The translations under genes and the position numbers were made by a program. From a virus (Duplodnaviria > Caudoviricetes), in the IMG/VR virus record IMGVR_UViG_3300025053_000003, positions 1-64,000 of that record: DNA of 64,000 bases; one strand, 5' to 3'. This document shows positions 9,492 through 19,058 of this stretch, piece by piece (the stretch's first letter is position 1; each line of letters starts with the position of its first letter). The notes under the pieces are model-generated. The model was not told the origin of the DNA. It saw nothing but the letters and a program-made list of their open reading frames with translations, and did not search any database.

Positions 9492-12026
9492 TTATTCAAA
9501 CTCAATAATACCTTTAGCCATTTTAATTCTGTCTTCTACTATTTCACTGATATTAATTTTACTGAATACTTCTTTTAAATTCTTAGTAAAAATATCCTGT
9601 ACCTGTTCAGGAGTAAAATTTAATTCGGTTTCTTTTTTAGTTGAAGTTAAAAATTCTACCATTTTAGTTTCAGGCATTTGGATTTCTAATCCTTTCTTCT
9701 TATTACTTCTTACATCGATAATTAATTGCCGTTGTGCTTTCATTTGATCTAAAGATTTAACAAGCGCCTCGTCGATAGAAATGTTTAGATCTTCAGCAAT
9801 CATCTTTGCAAATTCCACTAATTCTTTTAAATGAGAACCAGAATATCCAGCAGTCTCTTCCGCAAATTTCTCTATTATTACCTTATCGGCATAATCAACA
9901 AAAAACTTTAATAATTTAATTCTATTTTCTTTATTTGGTAAAGAAAAATTTATAATATGGTGAAATCTACCTGGGCGATCAATCAATGCTTCTGGCATTT
10001 GCTCAGGAAAATTTGAAGTTAAGACAGTTAAAACGCCTTTATTGTCTCTAATCCCATCCATTTCAGTTTTGAGAAGATCAATCGTATAATCTTTCAACCA
10101 AGTATCAATATCTTCAAGAAAAAATACAGAAGGAGCAAGATCCCTTGCCATTTCAAAACCAAGAGCTAATGCACCAGCAGCCCCATATCTAAAATCTTTA
10201 GAAGATGCCCAAATAAAAGTAGTATCAGGCTGATTCATCAATACCTTACCAGTCATCGTCTTGCCTGTCCCTGGGGGGCCGATAAGCATAATCCCTCTAC
10301 TGGGGGAAGTCTTAGTAAGTCTATCAATGCTACCTTTGACTTTATTCTTCGCTTCTTCATCAGGGAAAATTACATCATCCCAACCAATTTCTTTTTTATC
10401 AAGAAATTCTCCCATAATAGAGAATTTTTCACCTTTCAGTAGATTGTTTTCTTTTACCCACTGAATGGCATCCATAGCAAATGATTTATTTAGTTCAATA
10501 TTTTTATCGGTAGTATAAATATTAATCCCATACCCACCCCAATCTGGTTCAATCTGGAATACAAATCTTTCACCAGAATCTGCTTTATAAAACTGTGTCC
10601 CTTGAGTTAAGAATTCTTCTGATCTTTTTGAATTCAACTGGATAACTGAATGGCGAAGAGGAATTTCCCCACCATTTCCATACAAATTCCTCTGATCTAA
10701 TAATTCGTGTTTAGTTAGTGAATTTCTAAAGCCAGATAAATAATTACCTTTCATTGCGCTAGGGATAAAGAAATCAGTAACAAACATATTCTTGATTTTG
10801 CAATTCAGGAATTTACAGAAGACCTTTAGTTCAAAACCAGCAGGTTCAGTTCTTACTGAAGTAATATCAAATTCTTCTTCGCCATACTGTTTTGAGATAA
10901 TTTTCTTATCTTCATCAGAAATATCTTTAATCTTGCAAGATTTCAGAATATTTGTTATTCTATCTACTTCTTCTTGAGTAACCTTTTCTACAGTCGCTAC
11001 TGATTCAATACTCTCTTCTTTTTGAACTTCTAAGATAATATCATTGATTTCTTTTTTAATGCTTTTAACTTCGTCTGTCGCTTTTTCTTCGACGACATCA
11101 ATAGTTTCTGGTTCAGCTACTTCTCCGATTTTCTCTATTTCATTAATAATTTCAAGGTCTAAACCTTTTTCTTCGGCGTCTTCAAGGACTTCCACATTTA
11201 CTATTTTTTCAATTGGTTCAGCATCTTCGACAGTCTCAGTCTCTACTACTGGTTTAGCATCGACAACTTCTTCAATCGTTTCTGATTTTTCTTCTACTGC
11301 ACCTTCGTTTTCTACGGTTTCCTGAACCTCTTGTACCTCTTCGATTACTTCTTCTGGTTCATCAAGTGATTTTTCACTGAGGTTAATAAATCCGATTACT
11401 TTTGCTTTATCTTCCATTGGGAAATCCGGTAGAGAATCCGGCTGGGTGGAGAGGAGTTCGATATATTCTGGGGAGGATTTAGCGTCTTCTGCGAAATCCA
11501 TTACACACTTAGTCTTAATCATGCCAGAAGCAGATCGTTCCACCAGCGCATTCATGTGATCAGGGACAACTGCTGCGCTTACCTCAAACAATTCCACTTT
11601 CTTGTAAACCCGATTAGGCAATTTTCCATTCCTATTATATTTAATAATATCTGCTTCTTTAAAATCTTCCCTTTCGAGATAGTCAAACGCACGGAAGCCC
11701 ACAGAGAACGCATTGAGCACCCCATCCCGGTACAGCTCATAGAATTCTTGTCCTTCCAAAGTTGAAGCGAACTTAACCTTGAATTTTAAGCCTTGTCCCG
11801 GAATTACCCGTGCCCAAAGTGCTTTACCGATAGGAGGCCTGTCATATTGATGGAACGCGGGGATAACCGGATTTTTCAAAAAGTTCTCTAAATCCCAAGC
11901 TTCGTCTTCGATAAGGTCGCCTGACCTGTCAATGGAGTCTGACTTATTTGCCCATGCAACTACTGATTTCTCTTCGTCATTCACTTCCTTTTTAAAGCAA
12001 GTGGCGAACATTTTATTTTCAATCAT
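9492..12026 (-). CDS. HK97-type prohead protease fused to an acidic linker and an AAA+ ATPase
   Basis: N-terminus FHQYDRPPIGK, LNAFSVGF, LFEVSAAVVP; Glu-rich linker; GPPGTGKT, FFLEDID, LTSNFPE, ALIDRPGRF. Confidence 0.9.
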   Translation of the reverse strand: MIENKMFATCFKKEVNDEEKSVVAWANKSDSIDRSGDLIEDEAWDLENFLKNPVIPAFHQYDRPPIGKALWARVIPGQGLKFKVKFASTLEGQEFYELYRDGVLNAFSVGFRAFDYLEREDFKEADIIKYNRNGKLPNRVYKKVELFEVSAAVVPDHMNALVERSASGMIKTKCVMDFAEDAKSSPEYIELLSTQPDSLPDFPMEDKAKVIGFINLSEKSLDEPEEVIEEVQEVQETVENEGAVEEKSETIEEVVDAKPVVETETVEDAEPIEKIVNVEVLEDAEEKGLDLEIINEIEKIGEVAEPETIDVVEEKATDEVKSIKKEINDIILEVQKEESIESVATVEKVTQEEVDRITNILKSCKIKDISDEDKKIISKQYGEEEFDITSVRTEPAGFELKVFCKFLNCKIKNMFVTDFFIPSAMKGNYLSGFRNSLTKHELLDQRNLYGNGGEIPLRHSVIQLNSKRSEEFLTQGTQFYKADSGERFVFQIEPDWGGYGINIYTTDKNIELNKSFAMDAIQWVKENNLLKGEKFSIMGEFLDKKEIGWDDVIFPDEEAKNKVKGSIDRLTKTSPSRGIMLIGPPGTGKTMTGKVLMNQPDTTFIWASSKDFRYGAAGALALGFEMARDLAPSVFFLEDIDTWLKDYTIDLLKTEMDGIRDNKGVLTVLTSNFPEQMPEALIDRPGRFHHIINFSLPNKENRIKLLKFFVDYADKVIIEKFAEETAGYSGSHLKELVEFAKMIAEDLNISIDEALVKSLDQMKAQRQLIIDVRSNKKKGLEIQMPETKMVEFLTSTKKETELNFTPEQVQDIFTKNLKEVFSKINISEIVEDRIKMAKGIIEFE
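9883..9910 (-). promoter_or_regulatory. Sigma28/FliA-type promoter inside the protease gene, facing the capsid gene
   Basis: TAAA-GTTTTTTGTTGATTAT(16)-GCCGATAA. Confidence 0.6.
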
Positions 12027-12030
12027 TATT

Positions 12031-12297
12031 TTATTCCTCCTTGTTCTCGTCTTTATCTTCTTTCTCTACTTTTCTTATTTCAACTTCTCCGTACAATTCT
12101 TCGGTTTCCAGTTCGTCATCTTTTATAATAAGTTTTCCATCTTTATCTTCTTTAAATTTAAGAATATATCCCAATTCTTCATCAGCAGTCCTACAATAAT
12201 TTACTTTAATTCCATTCAAAAATGCCGTATATTTGTAAGCCTTTGGTGTATAACCAATATCATCTTGATTTACTGATGCTCTCATTTTAAGCCTCAA
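12031..12297 (-). CDS. Hypothetical protein (likely start ATG 12285)
   Basis: ORF packed directly upstream of the protease gene. Confidence 0.65.
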   Translation of the reverse strand: MRLKMRASVNQDDIGYTPKAYKYTAFLNGIKVNYCRTADEELGYILKFKEDKDGKLIIKDDELETEELYGEVEIRKVEKEDKDENKEE

Positions 12298-12463
12298 ATT
12301 GTCCTAATTTATAATCCTTCTTCTCGTCCGTGTGCAGGCAAATACCTTTTATAATAATTGGTTTATATTCATAACTTTTATTAAAATCATATTTAATGTT
12401 ATTCGAACAATTTTCACATGCCTTTGGATTTGTATAAGGTAGAGTGCAATTACATGTTCTCAT
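12287..12463 (-). CDS. Small Cys-rich protein (58 aa, not in the ORF track)
   Basis: MRTCNCTLPYTNPKACENCSNN...; GGAGG RBS; fills the gap between neighbours. Confidence 0.6.
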   Translation of the reverse strand: MRTCNCTLPYTNPKACENCSNNIKYDFNKSYEYKPIIIKGICLHTDEKKDYKLGQFEA

Positions 12464-12464
12464 T

Positions 12465-13691
12465 TTATTCCTCCCAACTGACCCACTCTTTATTAGTTAA
12501 TTCTTTATCTTCAATTCTAATAGGCAGATTAAATGTAATACCATGAACAGGGTGTGTAATAAAGAAATTTTGGGTAGGTGGTTCAAATGGATAATTCCCC
12601 TTCGCTGCATATTCACTAAATCCAACCAATGAACCGTTGCATATACACCGTTGAGCAAATGTCATAGATTGATGGAAGTGCCCAATCAATAATACATCGT
12701 AATCTGCATTCATTGACCTAGCAGAAGAGCGTTTCTTCATGTCACCGCGCAAAATCGGTCCAAGCGCGCCGAGGATTCCGTTTCCACCGGAAAATTGCGA
12801 ACCATGTGTGATTCTATAAGTGTAATCGTACACCTTATATTGAGCATCTTCACCATCTGCAATTAAAAATTTAATTCTTTTGTCATTTTCAAAGAACTTA
12901 GCAAGGAGTTGATATTGAAGCCAGTCCATTGAATCGTATGCGTACCCCTTCGCTCTCGGTTTAAGAGTCAATCGCCCATGATTCCCGGCTACACAGGGAA
13001 CAAATACCTTCCCAAATGAATCAGCTAATTTTTTAATTGCTTCAATCATTGCATCTAAAAGTTCAAGGCTCACTTGTAATACTTCTTTTTCACCTGTTAT
13101 CTTCAATTCGTCATGAATGAGTCCAGTGCTGAGGTCACCAAGTAGAGGGACAATGATCCCTGGATACTTAGCATTAGCTATATGATTAAATGATAAATCA
13201 ATAGCTTTATCAACCACTACTTGCAATCTATGTTTAGCAATTTCAATATTGTATTTATTTACTCCGAATATCTGGTCAGGATCAACCACCTCTCCAAAAT
13301 GCAGGTCGCTAATACATAAAGTAGGTACTCCAATCGTCCCATCATTAAAATTTGACTCTTTACTTAGCCATTCTGGGATGATATGATTGGAATCTTTTAA
13401 ATTGAGAATAAATCTCTTTATATATTCAGCGGAAACGCTATTTTTATTTGCTTCCACTAATTCTTTTCTTAAGTCCTGGATTTGTGATTTAAGGATAAGT
13501 GTTTCGTTACCATTTTCTGATTGTACTTTAAAAATTTCTTTGTATCTTGTGTTGTTTTTAGCCCGCCTCAAGTGGTTGCGTACTGTTGTTCTGGGAAGGT
13601 TAAGCTCCCTGGCTGTTGCTCTGGCGTTTTTATCCAGTTTCAGGAATGTTTCAACAATCAATTCTTGGATCTCTTGTGATTCTGTAGTCAA
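12465..13691 (-). CDS. Calcineurin-like metallophosphoesterase with N-terminal HTH
   Basis: SDLHFGE, LLGD, VAGNHG, ITHG, LIGHFH; N-terminal ARATARELNLPRTTVRNHL. Confidence 0.85.
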   Translation of the reverse strand: MTTESQEIQELIVETFLKLDKNARATARELNLPRTTVRNHLRRAKNNTRYKEIFKVQSENGNETLILKSQIQDLRKELVEANKNSVSAEYIKRFILNLKDSNHIIPEWLSKESNFNDGTIGVPTLCISDLHFGEVVDPDQIFGVNKYNIEIAKHRLQVVVDKAIDLSFNHIANAKYPGIIVPLLGDLSTGLIHDELKITGEKEVLQVSLELLDAMIEAIKKLADSFGKVFVPCVAGNHGRLTLKPRAKGYAYDSMDWLQYQLLAKFFENDKRIKFLIADGEDAQYKVYDYTYRITHGSQFSGGNGILGALGPILRGDMKKRSSARSMNADYDVLLIGHFHQSMTFAQRCICNGSLVGFSEYAAKGNYPFEPPTQNFFITHPVHGITFNLPIRIEDKELTNKEWVSWEE

Positions 13692-13707
13692 AATTTTTCT
13701 CCCTTAA

Positions 13708-14655
13708 TTATGACTTATTAAAGCAATCTTTATGGGTATGATGTGAGCGACAGACTAAAATCTGGTGGCTCATATTATCCGCTTCATTTAAATATAAAGA
13801 AACCATTAAATTATGATGAATAAATAAGTCTTTCTGATCAAATTCTACACCGCAAACTTCACAAAAATTATACCCAAACTCATCTAATTGCAATTGGAGC
13901 AACATTTCTCTATTCAAATCCTGATTACACCTAGCTTGTATTATAAGATCTCTCTGCGATTTTGGCAGAAATTTTGCTTTAAAAACATCACACTCCTGCT
14001 TACATTTTTGTGAATCATATAAGTGACATTCTTTCCCATCACTAGTATTAAGTGATGTTATCCTGTTACTTACTTCCCTTACTGTAGGATAAAAATATTT
14101 ACCACATTTAAAACATTTACATAACATGAAGCCATGCTCATTTTCAATTGGAGACTCCTCAACTGTTAACCTGTCAGCAAACGTTTTAAATAACGCCTTG
14201 CCATTAGCATATTTTTTCTTTTTTAAAACCAATTCGTCTTTATTTTCAATTCTATATTTCTTATTATATTCCGATTTTTTATCTTTATTGACCTCGTATA
14301 ACTTACGCGCCGCCAATAATTTCTTCTCTCTGTTTCTATAATACGAAAGTCTTTCCTTTTCCCTTATTCTGTCTCTATTTAATTCTCTCTTTTCCTTACT
14401 TTTCTTAGAAATATATTCCTTATTCTTTTTAGTGTAATTCCTTTGTCTTTCTTTTATATATTCTGAATTTTCTAAATATACTTCTTTGCTTTTCTTCAAA
14501 AATATTTCTCTATTATTTTCATAATATTTTCTTTTATTTTTAGAACAACATTCTTTGCAGTCAGTCCTCCTCCCATCACTAGAACCTTCTCTTCTGTAAA
14601 ACTCTCTTAACTCCTTTTCTTCTCCACATTTTGTACAAACTTTCGTTTCTTCCAT
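13708..14655 (-). CDS. HNH endonuclease (N-terminal CxxC..CxxC, basic coiled coil, C-terminal HNH)
   Basis: KVCTKCGEEK..CKEC; FCEVCG..FIHHNL..NMSHQILVCRSHH. Confidence 0.85.
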   Translation of the reverse strand: MEETKVCTKCGEEKELREFYRREGSSDGRRTDCKECCSKNKRKYYENNREIFLKKSKEVYLENSEYIKERQRNYTKKNKEYISKKSKEKRELNRDRIREKERLSYYRNREKKLLAARKLYEVNKDKKSEYNKKYRIENKDELVLKKKKYANGKALFKTFADRLTVEESPIENEHGFMLCKCFKCGKYFYPTVREVSNRITSLNTSDGKECHLYDSQKCKQECDVFKAKFLPKSQRDLIIQARCNQDLNREMLLQLQLDEFGYNFCEVCGVEFDQKDLFIHHNLMVSLYLNEADNMSHQILVCRSHHTHKDCFNKS

Positions 14656-14690
14656 TTTAATACCTCCGATAGGTATCCCGAGTTAAATTA

Positions 14691-14750
14691 TTAGCACAGA
14701 AATGAGACTCGGATTTTCTCACTTGTCGGGGATCAGCCTATCTGTGCTAA
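14691..14750 (-). ncRNA. Structured HNH-leader RNA motif, copy C
   Basis: TTAGCACAG-ATAGG-CTGATC-CCCGAC-AAGTGAGA-AAATCCGAG-TCTCATTT-CTGTGCTAA. Confidence 0.8.
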
Positions 14751-14754
14751 ACTA

Positions 14755-16140
14755 TTATCTATTTAAAATTTCCTTCATCTTCTCAGGTGACGATACAACA
14801 TTCCCTTCGCCTGTGCCTTCGGCAATACTAGCTAAAAGGCCAGATGGGGTTGTAAAGTTAACTGGGATAAAAGGCTGTTTAAACACGCCACCAAGTTCAG
14901 GTAATCCAAGTTTATCTCTTTCTTCGTCTACTGAAGTGATTGAGGTTTGGATGTGTTTTACGCTTTGATTCAACTCGAACAATTTATCAGATGGTATACA
15001 ATTATCATAAGCGACGAAAAGCTTTTCGTCATAACGCCAAATCATCTTCTCATTTAGTTTTTCTTCAATCCTTCTAAGCCTTGGCTGAATAGTAAACTGC
15101 ATAAATGTCGCAATGGCAGCATCAGCATTGTTCCTATTGGCCTCTGAGCTGTACATACCCAATGCTTGCCCAAACGCATTAAGCACAGCCTCTTTGATCC
15201 TGTCGCGCCCTCCTAGGTATGACATATCCTTTGGAGAATTGTTCGTGAAAGGTTTGTACTTCAACCCATGATCAAGGAGGGGCATAGAACCACCTTTTGA
15301 CGCACCGCCTAACATTTGTTTGATCTCAATTTTCAGACGTTCAAACTCATGGTCTCCTAACTCGGAATCAGTTTCAAAAACACCATTTAGATTATTTCCC
15401 CCATTCCTGAAAATCGCGGCCTCATATTCATTAATGGATTTAGCTAATCCATATTCTTCCGCGATACTAGTGACGGGGCTACTTCCATAATATTGATTCT
15501 TTGGGTTGGGCATTTTAAAATGGATAATTGAGCGTTCTGATAAATCAATCTCTTCTGTACTTTTTATATACTTGTACCCAGATATAAACTTCTTAGCATC
15601 TGGCATTATTTTACAATTTTGAGGGGGGATCAACCAAATCTCCCTTGGGACCCCAAATTTATCCTCTAATATATGCCAGAAAGCGTTTCCTGTCAACTCC
15701 TGATACAGCTGAGTCATTTCGAACAAATCAAAGGAATTTACAAATGGGTTTACATTTGTTTTCAGATCTAAAAACGGATGGTCAAGCACCTCTTCGAAGG
15801 ATGATGCCTTTCTAATAGCAGGAATATTGTTCAGGAATGGATTTTCTCTTATGAATCTTTCCTGTTTTATGTCAACTGCTTTCGTTTGTACTCGTTTTAC
15901 CCTTTGGCTTTTGTTGTTCTTCGCAACATAAAGTCTCAATGGTGTATTCGCTACAGTCGAAGCATTCTTATTCGATGCTACATAAATCCACGACCTGTAG
16001 CTGTTTATCATTGCATAAAAATCTTCATCACTATGCAACTCTCTCCCATATTGATAGGGATACAGGTAAGGAAGCAAAGCCCCCTTCCTCTTTCCCCCGG
16101 CAGCCTTTAACTGTACTTCATATGAAAATGGATTAGCCAT
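14755..16140 (-). CDS. Portal protein, HK97 family
   Basis: 461 aa; YQELTGNAFW, SIIHFKMPNPKNQYYGSSPV, FRNGG, PLLDHGLKY; position after terL. Confidence 0.95.
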   Translation of the reverse strand: MANPFSYEVQLKAAGGKRKGALLPYLYPYQYGRELHSDEDFYAMINSYRSWIYVASNKNASTVANTPLRLYVAKNNKSQRVKRVQTKAVDIKQERFIRENPFLNNIPAIRKASSFEEVLDHPFLDLKTNVNPFVNSFDLFEMTQLYQELTGNAFWHILEDKFGVPREIWLIPPQNCKIMPDAKKFISGYKYIKSTEEIDLSERSIIHFKMPNPKNQYYGSSPVTSIAEEYGLAKSINEYEAAIFRNGGNNLNGVFETDSELGDHEFERLKIEIKQMLGGASKGGSMPLLDHGLKYKPFTNNSPKDMSYLGGRDRIKEAVLNAFGQALGMYSSEANRNNADAAIATFMQFTIQPRLRRIEEKLNEKMIWRYDEKLFVAYDNCIPSDKLFELNQSVKHIQTSITSVDEERDKLGLPELGGVFKQPFIPVNFTTPSGLLASIAEGTGEGNVVSSPEKMKEILNR

Positions 16141-16143
16141 ATG

Positions 16144-16923
16144 TTATCCTTCGATTGTATTTGGTATAATTTGAGTATTGTTGATTCTATCTTTAGCTAT
16201 ATTAAAATAGGTTAAATCTTTTTCTATTCCTATAAATTTTCTACTTAAGTTTTTACATGCTACGCCTGTTGTGCCACTGCCCATTGTAAAATCTAATACG
16301 GTTTCTGATTCATTTGTATAAGTTTTAATTAAGTATTCCATTAATGCTACTGGTTTTTGGGTGGGGTGAATAGTCTTACCTTCGCTTTTTATTTCTATTA
16401 CACAAGTGGGATAATTTTCATTTTTACATGTATATCCAGAAGTATGGTTAGTTTGTGATTCTCTATGATATTTAAGATCGCTTGTGTTCTTGTTTTGTTT
16501 AACAATCGTAGTTCCTGGCCTTATTCCTTGAGGATTATAATTCATTCTCTTTTCCCCGGCTTGCAATAAGTGTCCAATAATTCCCTTAGAAAATACACAA
16601 ATATTCTCGGTTATTTTTAATGGCATATTAGGAGCATGTGGAAAATTACTCCCTTTGCTTTTCTTCCACACCCAATCATATTTGTACATTTTTATATTAC
16701 TCATCCGTAATGCACTACTAAACGGTTCACTGCCGAACAATACAATAGCACCATTAGGTTTAATAACCCTCTTTAGCTGCTCCCACATAGCCTCAAACGG
16801 GATAACTGAATCCCATTTACAAGCAGTAGTCCCGTAAGGAGGATCGGTGATAATAGCATCTACACTCCCATCAGGAATGCCTTTCATTACTTCTAAACAA
16901 TCACCTTGATATAGATTTATCAT
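16144..16923 (-). CDS. N6-adenine/N4-cytosine DNA methyltransferase (beta class)
   Basis: GDCLEVM, TDPPYG, HPTQKPV, VLDFTMGSGTTG. Confidence 0.92.
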   Translation of the reverse strand: MINLYQGDCLEVMKGIPDGSVDAIITDPPYGTTACKWDSVIPFEAMWEQLKRVIKPNGAIVLFGSEPFSSALRMSNIKMYKYDWVWKKSKGSNFPHAPNMPLKITENICVFSKGIIGHLLQAGEKRMNYNPQGIRPGTTIVKQNKNTSDLKYHRESQTNHTSGYTCKNENYPTCVIEIKSEGKTIHPTQKPVALMEYLIKTYTNESETVLDFTMGSGTTGVACKNLSRKFIGIEKDLTYFNIAKDRINNTQIIPNTIEG

Positions 16924-17355
16924 TTACTGTTCCATGATTTTCTTAAATTGATTAAATCTATTACGGACAAAATCTTCGTGCATTATTTTCTCATTCCAAA
17001 TTTTACTTTCAATATCATAATATTCGCAAACAACCGATATTTTATCTTCGTTGTAATTTAAAGAGCATTCGCCGTATTCGTTCTGGCAGAAGTCTTTGAT
17101 ATAAAAATTTATTCCTTCATATACAAACATTAACCCTTTAGGGAATTCCATTTCAAGTCGTTTAGCGAAGAAATAAAAGTTATCTTCTTTGTTGTTCAGG
17201 AGGATAGTTAAATTAAAAGTTAAGTAGTTAAATACTTTAATTAACCTTTGTGTTATAAGTTGGAGTGGTTTTAATAACTTGTTTGTTATATTTGTTAAGT
17301 TTTTGGTTTTCAATCGATCATCCTTATGTGTGGAACGGCTGGGGAGTAGAAACAC
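16924..17355 (-). CDS. Hypothetical protein (true start probably ~17150)
   Basis: The 5' part of the ORF overlaps the terL tail; the 3' half abuts the MTase. Confidence 0.45.
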   Translation of the reverse strand: MFLLPSRSTHKDDRLKTKNLTNITNKLLKPLQLITQRLIKVFNYLTFNLTILLNNKEDNFYFFAKRLEMEFPKGLMFVYEGINFYIKDFCQNEYGECSLNYNEDKISVVCEYYDIESKIWNEKIMHEDFVRNRFNQFKKIMEQ

Positions 17356-19058
17356 ATTCTTAAAGCGGCAAATTTATCATCACTTTTGCCGCTTAATTTC
17401 TTCTTAATCGTTTTTTTATCACTTACTTTGATTTTGCCAGAATTAGGATCTTCTTTATAGTCATAACATAACATCTGACAAAATCATTCTGCATCTTCAG
17501 GTAACATAGCTGCTGGTTCTTTTTTTAACCATTCAGCCACCGCCCATGCAAGTTCATCCCTTGTCAGGGCCAGCTTTCCAAATTCACACTTTTTATTACT
17601 TGGAGAACTGACATATACCTTTCTAATGTTGAAATGAAGTCTCTTCATTTCTTTGTGACACATAGGACATTGAAATATTGTAGTATCAAGATAGGTTTTA
17701 TTAACTCCTTCGCAACTAATATTTTCACACTGCCAATAAAACATTGAGCTTACTTTCGGCGGAATAGCTGCACCGATACCATCTGCCTCAACCTGCGCCT
17801 GTAATGCATTAAGATCACAATAAGTTTGAGCTAATCTATCCGCAGATCTATCAAGATTTATCCCAGACCACGGAATAAAACTAGAAACAAAATTTCCATA
17901 TTTTATTGCAATACACGAGTCATCTGCGCCTTCATCTGCGACATCCATCCCGAGTATGGGTCTAATTCCATTTGTTGCCTGATCGCCATATTGCGCTTTA
18001 TACAATTTCCATCTTGTAAACGCATTATCAATGTCAACTTCATTAAATAGTGCATTTTGACTAGCGGCAGGGTATCGACCTAGTGTAATCGTTGCAAATT
18101 GAGAATCTTTTATTCTTCTCCATCCTCCCTCCAATGGTGGGTAAATTTTACCTGAGCTTGAAACACCTACAGCGCCTACTAGGCAAGATGGAACTTCAAA
18201 ACAATTAATCTCATCGGGTTCTTCATCTTCTCTAACTGGAACAGTCCATTCCATAATACGTTGAATCGTTTTATCCCGGCTAACTGCCCCATGTATTACT
18301 TCTTCACCAGTGACAACATTCGGGTGATTCAGTGCATTTAAATGAACTATATGTCCTAATTTATCTTTCCAAACCTTATAAGTATAACCAGATTTTTGGC
18401 GGGGGTTATATAACATTAAAAGACGAACGTGACTACCGCTAAGGCAGCCGTCAATCGCTTCAAAAATTTCATCGGGACACCCGTCAGCCTCATCTACTAT
18501 GTACAGTTGGTATTTGGCGTGCTTGCCGCTGAAGGACGCTTTTCTGCGTTCTGGGGTTCCAGATGTAGGTATTGCCTTCCCGATTAAAAAATGTTTTAAA
18601 TTTATATCATCGTCATCATCCTTTGCATTAACATCATCAGTTATTTTTAACGTAGTCAATACATGATTTTTAAATAATGATTTTTTATACCTATAAAAAA
18701 CATTTGCTATTTCACTAAACAACCCCTGTTTTAAATTTTCTTCTGGTGGAGCCGCAGCACAAATTACCTGAGAATCAGGGAAGCATAAATAAAACCAAGC
18801 TGCCAAATGAGAAGCGATAAATGTTTTGCCAGTCCCATTCGATGACATAGCCAAGGTAATTTTATTGTCCTTTACACTATTTGCCACCCGAATTAAATCA
18901 TCATATAAATTTTTAACACCTAATTCTTTTTCTAAAAATTCAATCGGATTTTCTTGGTATTTTTTTAAGTCTCCATGGAGTAAATTAGCTACTTGGTCTT
19001 CTCCAAATGCACTTATTAAATAATCTAATGCTTGATCGTCTAAATTTGTCATTAACAA
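17310..19058 (-). pseudogene. terL: Large terminase with an in-frame TGA at 17484-17486
   Basis: SSNGTGKT, IVDEADG, LYNP, GMDVADEGADDS; frame stays open after the TGA for 57 codons including GKIKVSDKK..SDDKFAAL. Confidence 0.85.

Noticed and set aside
17440-17486. Selenocysteine/SECIS at the terL TGA
   Set aside because: Only a 4-bp GTCA/TGAC stem follows, and the position is not a Cys site
338-19023. Plus-strand ORFs in the late module, and minus-strand ORFs in the plus-strand block (e.g. 435, 934, 1089, 8296, 8796, 30281, 36429, 41066)
   Set aside because: Shadows of real genes on the opposite strand; no RBS or recognisable motifs
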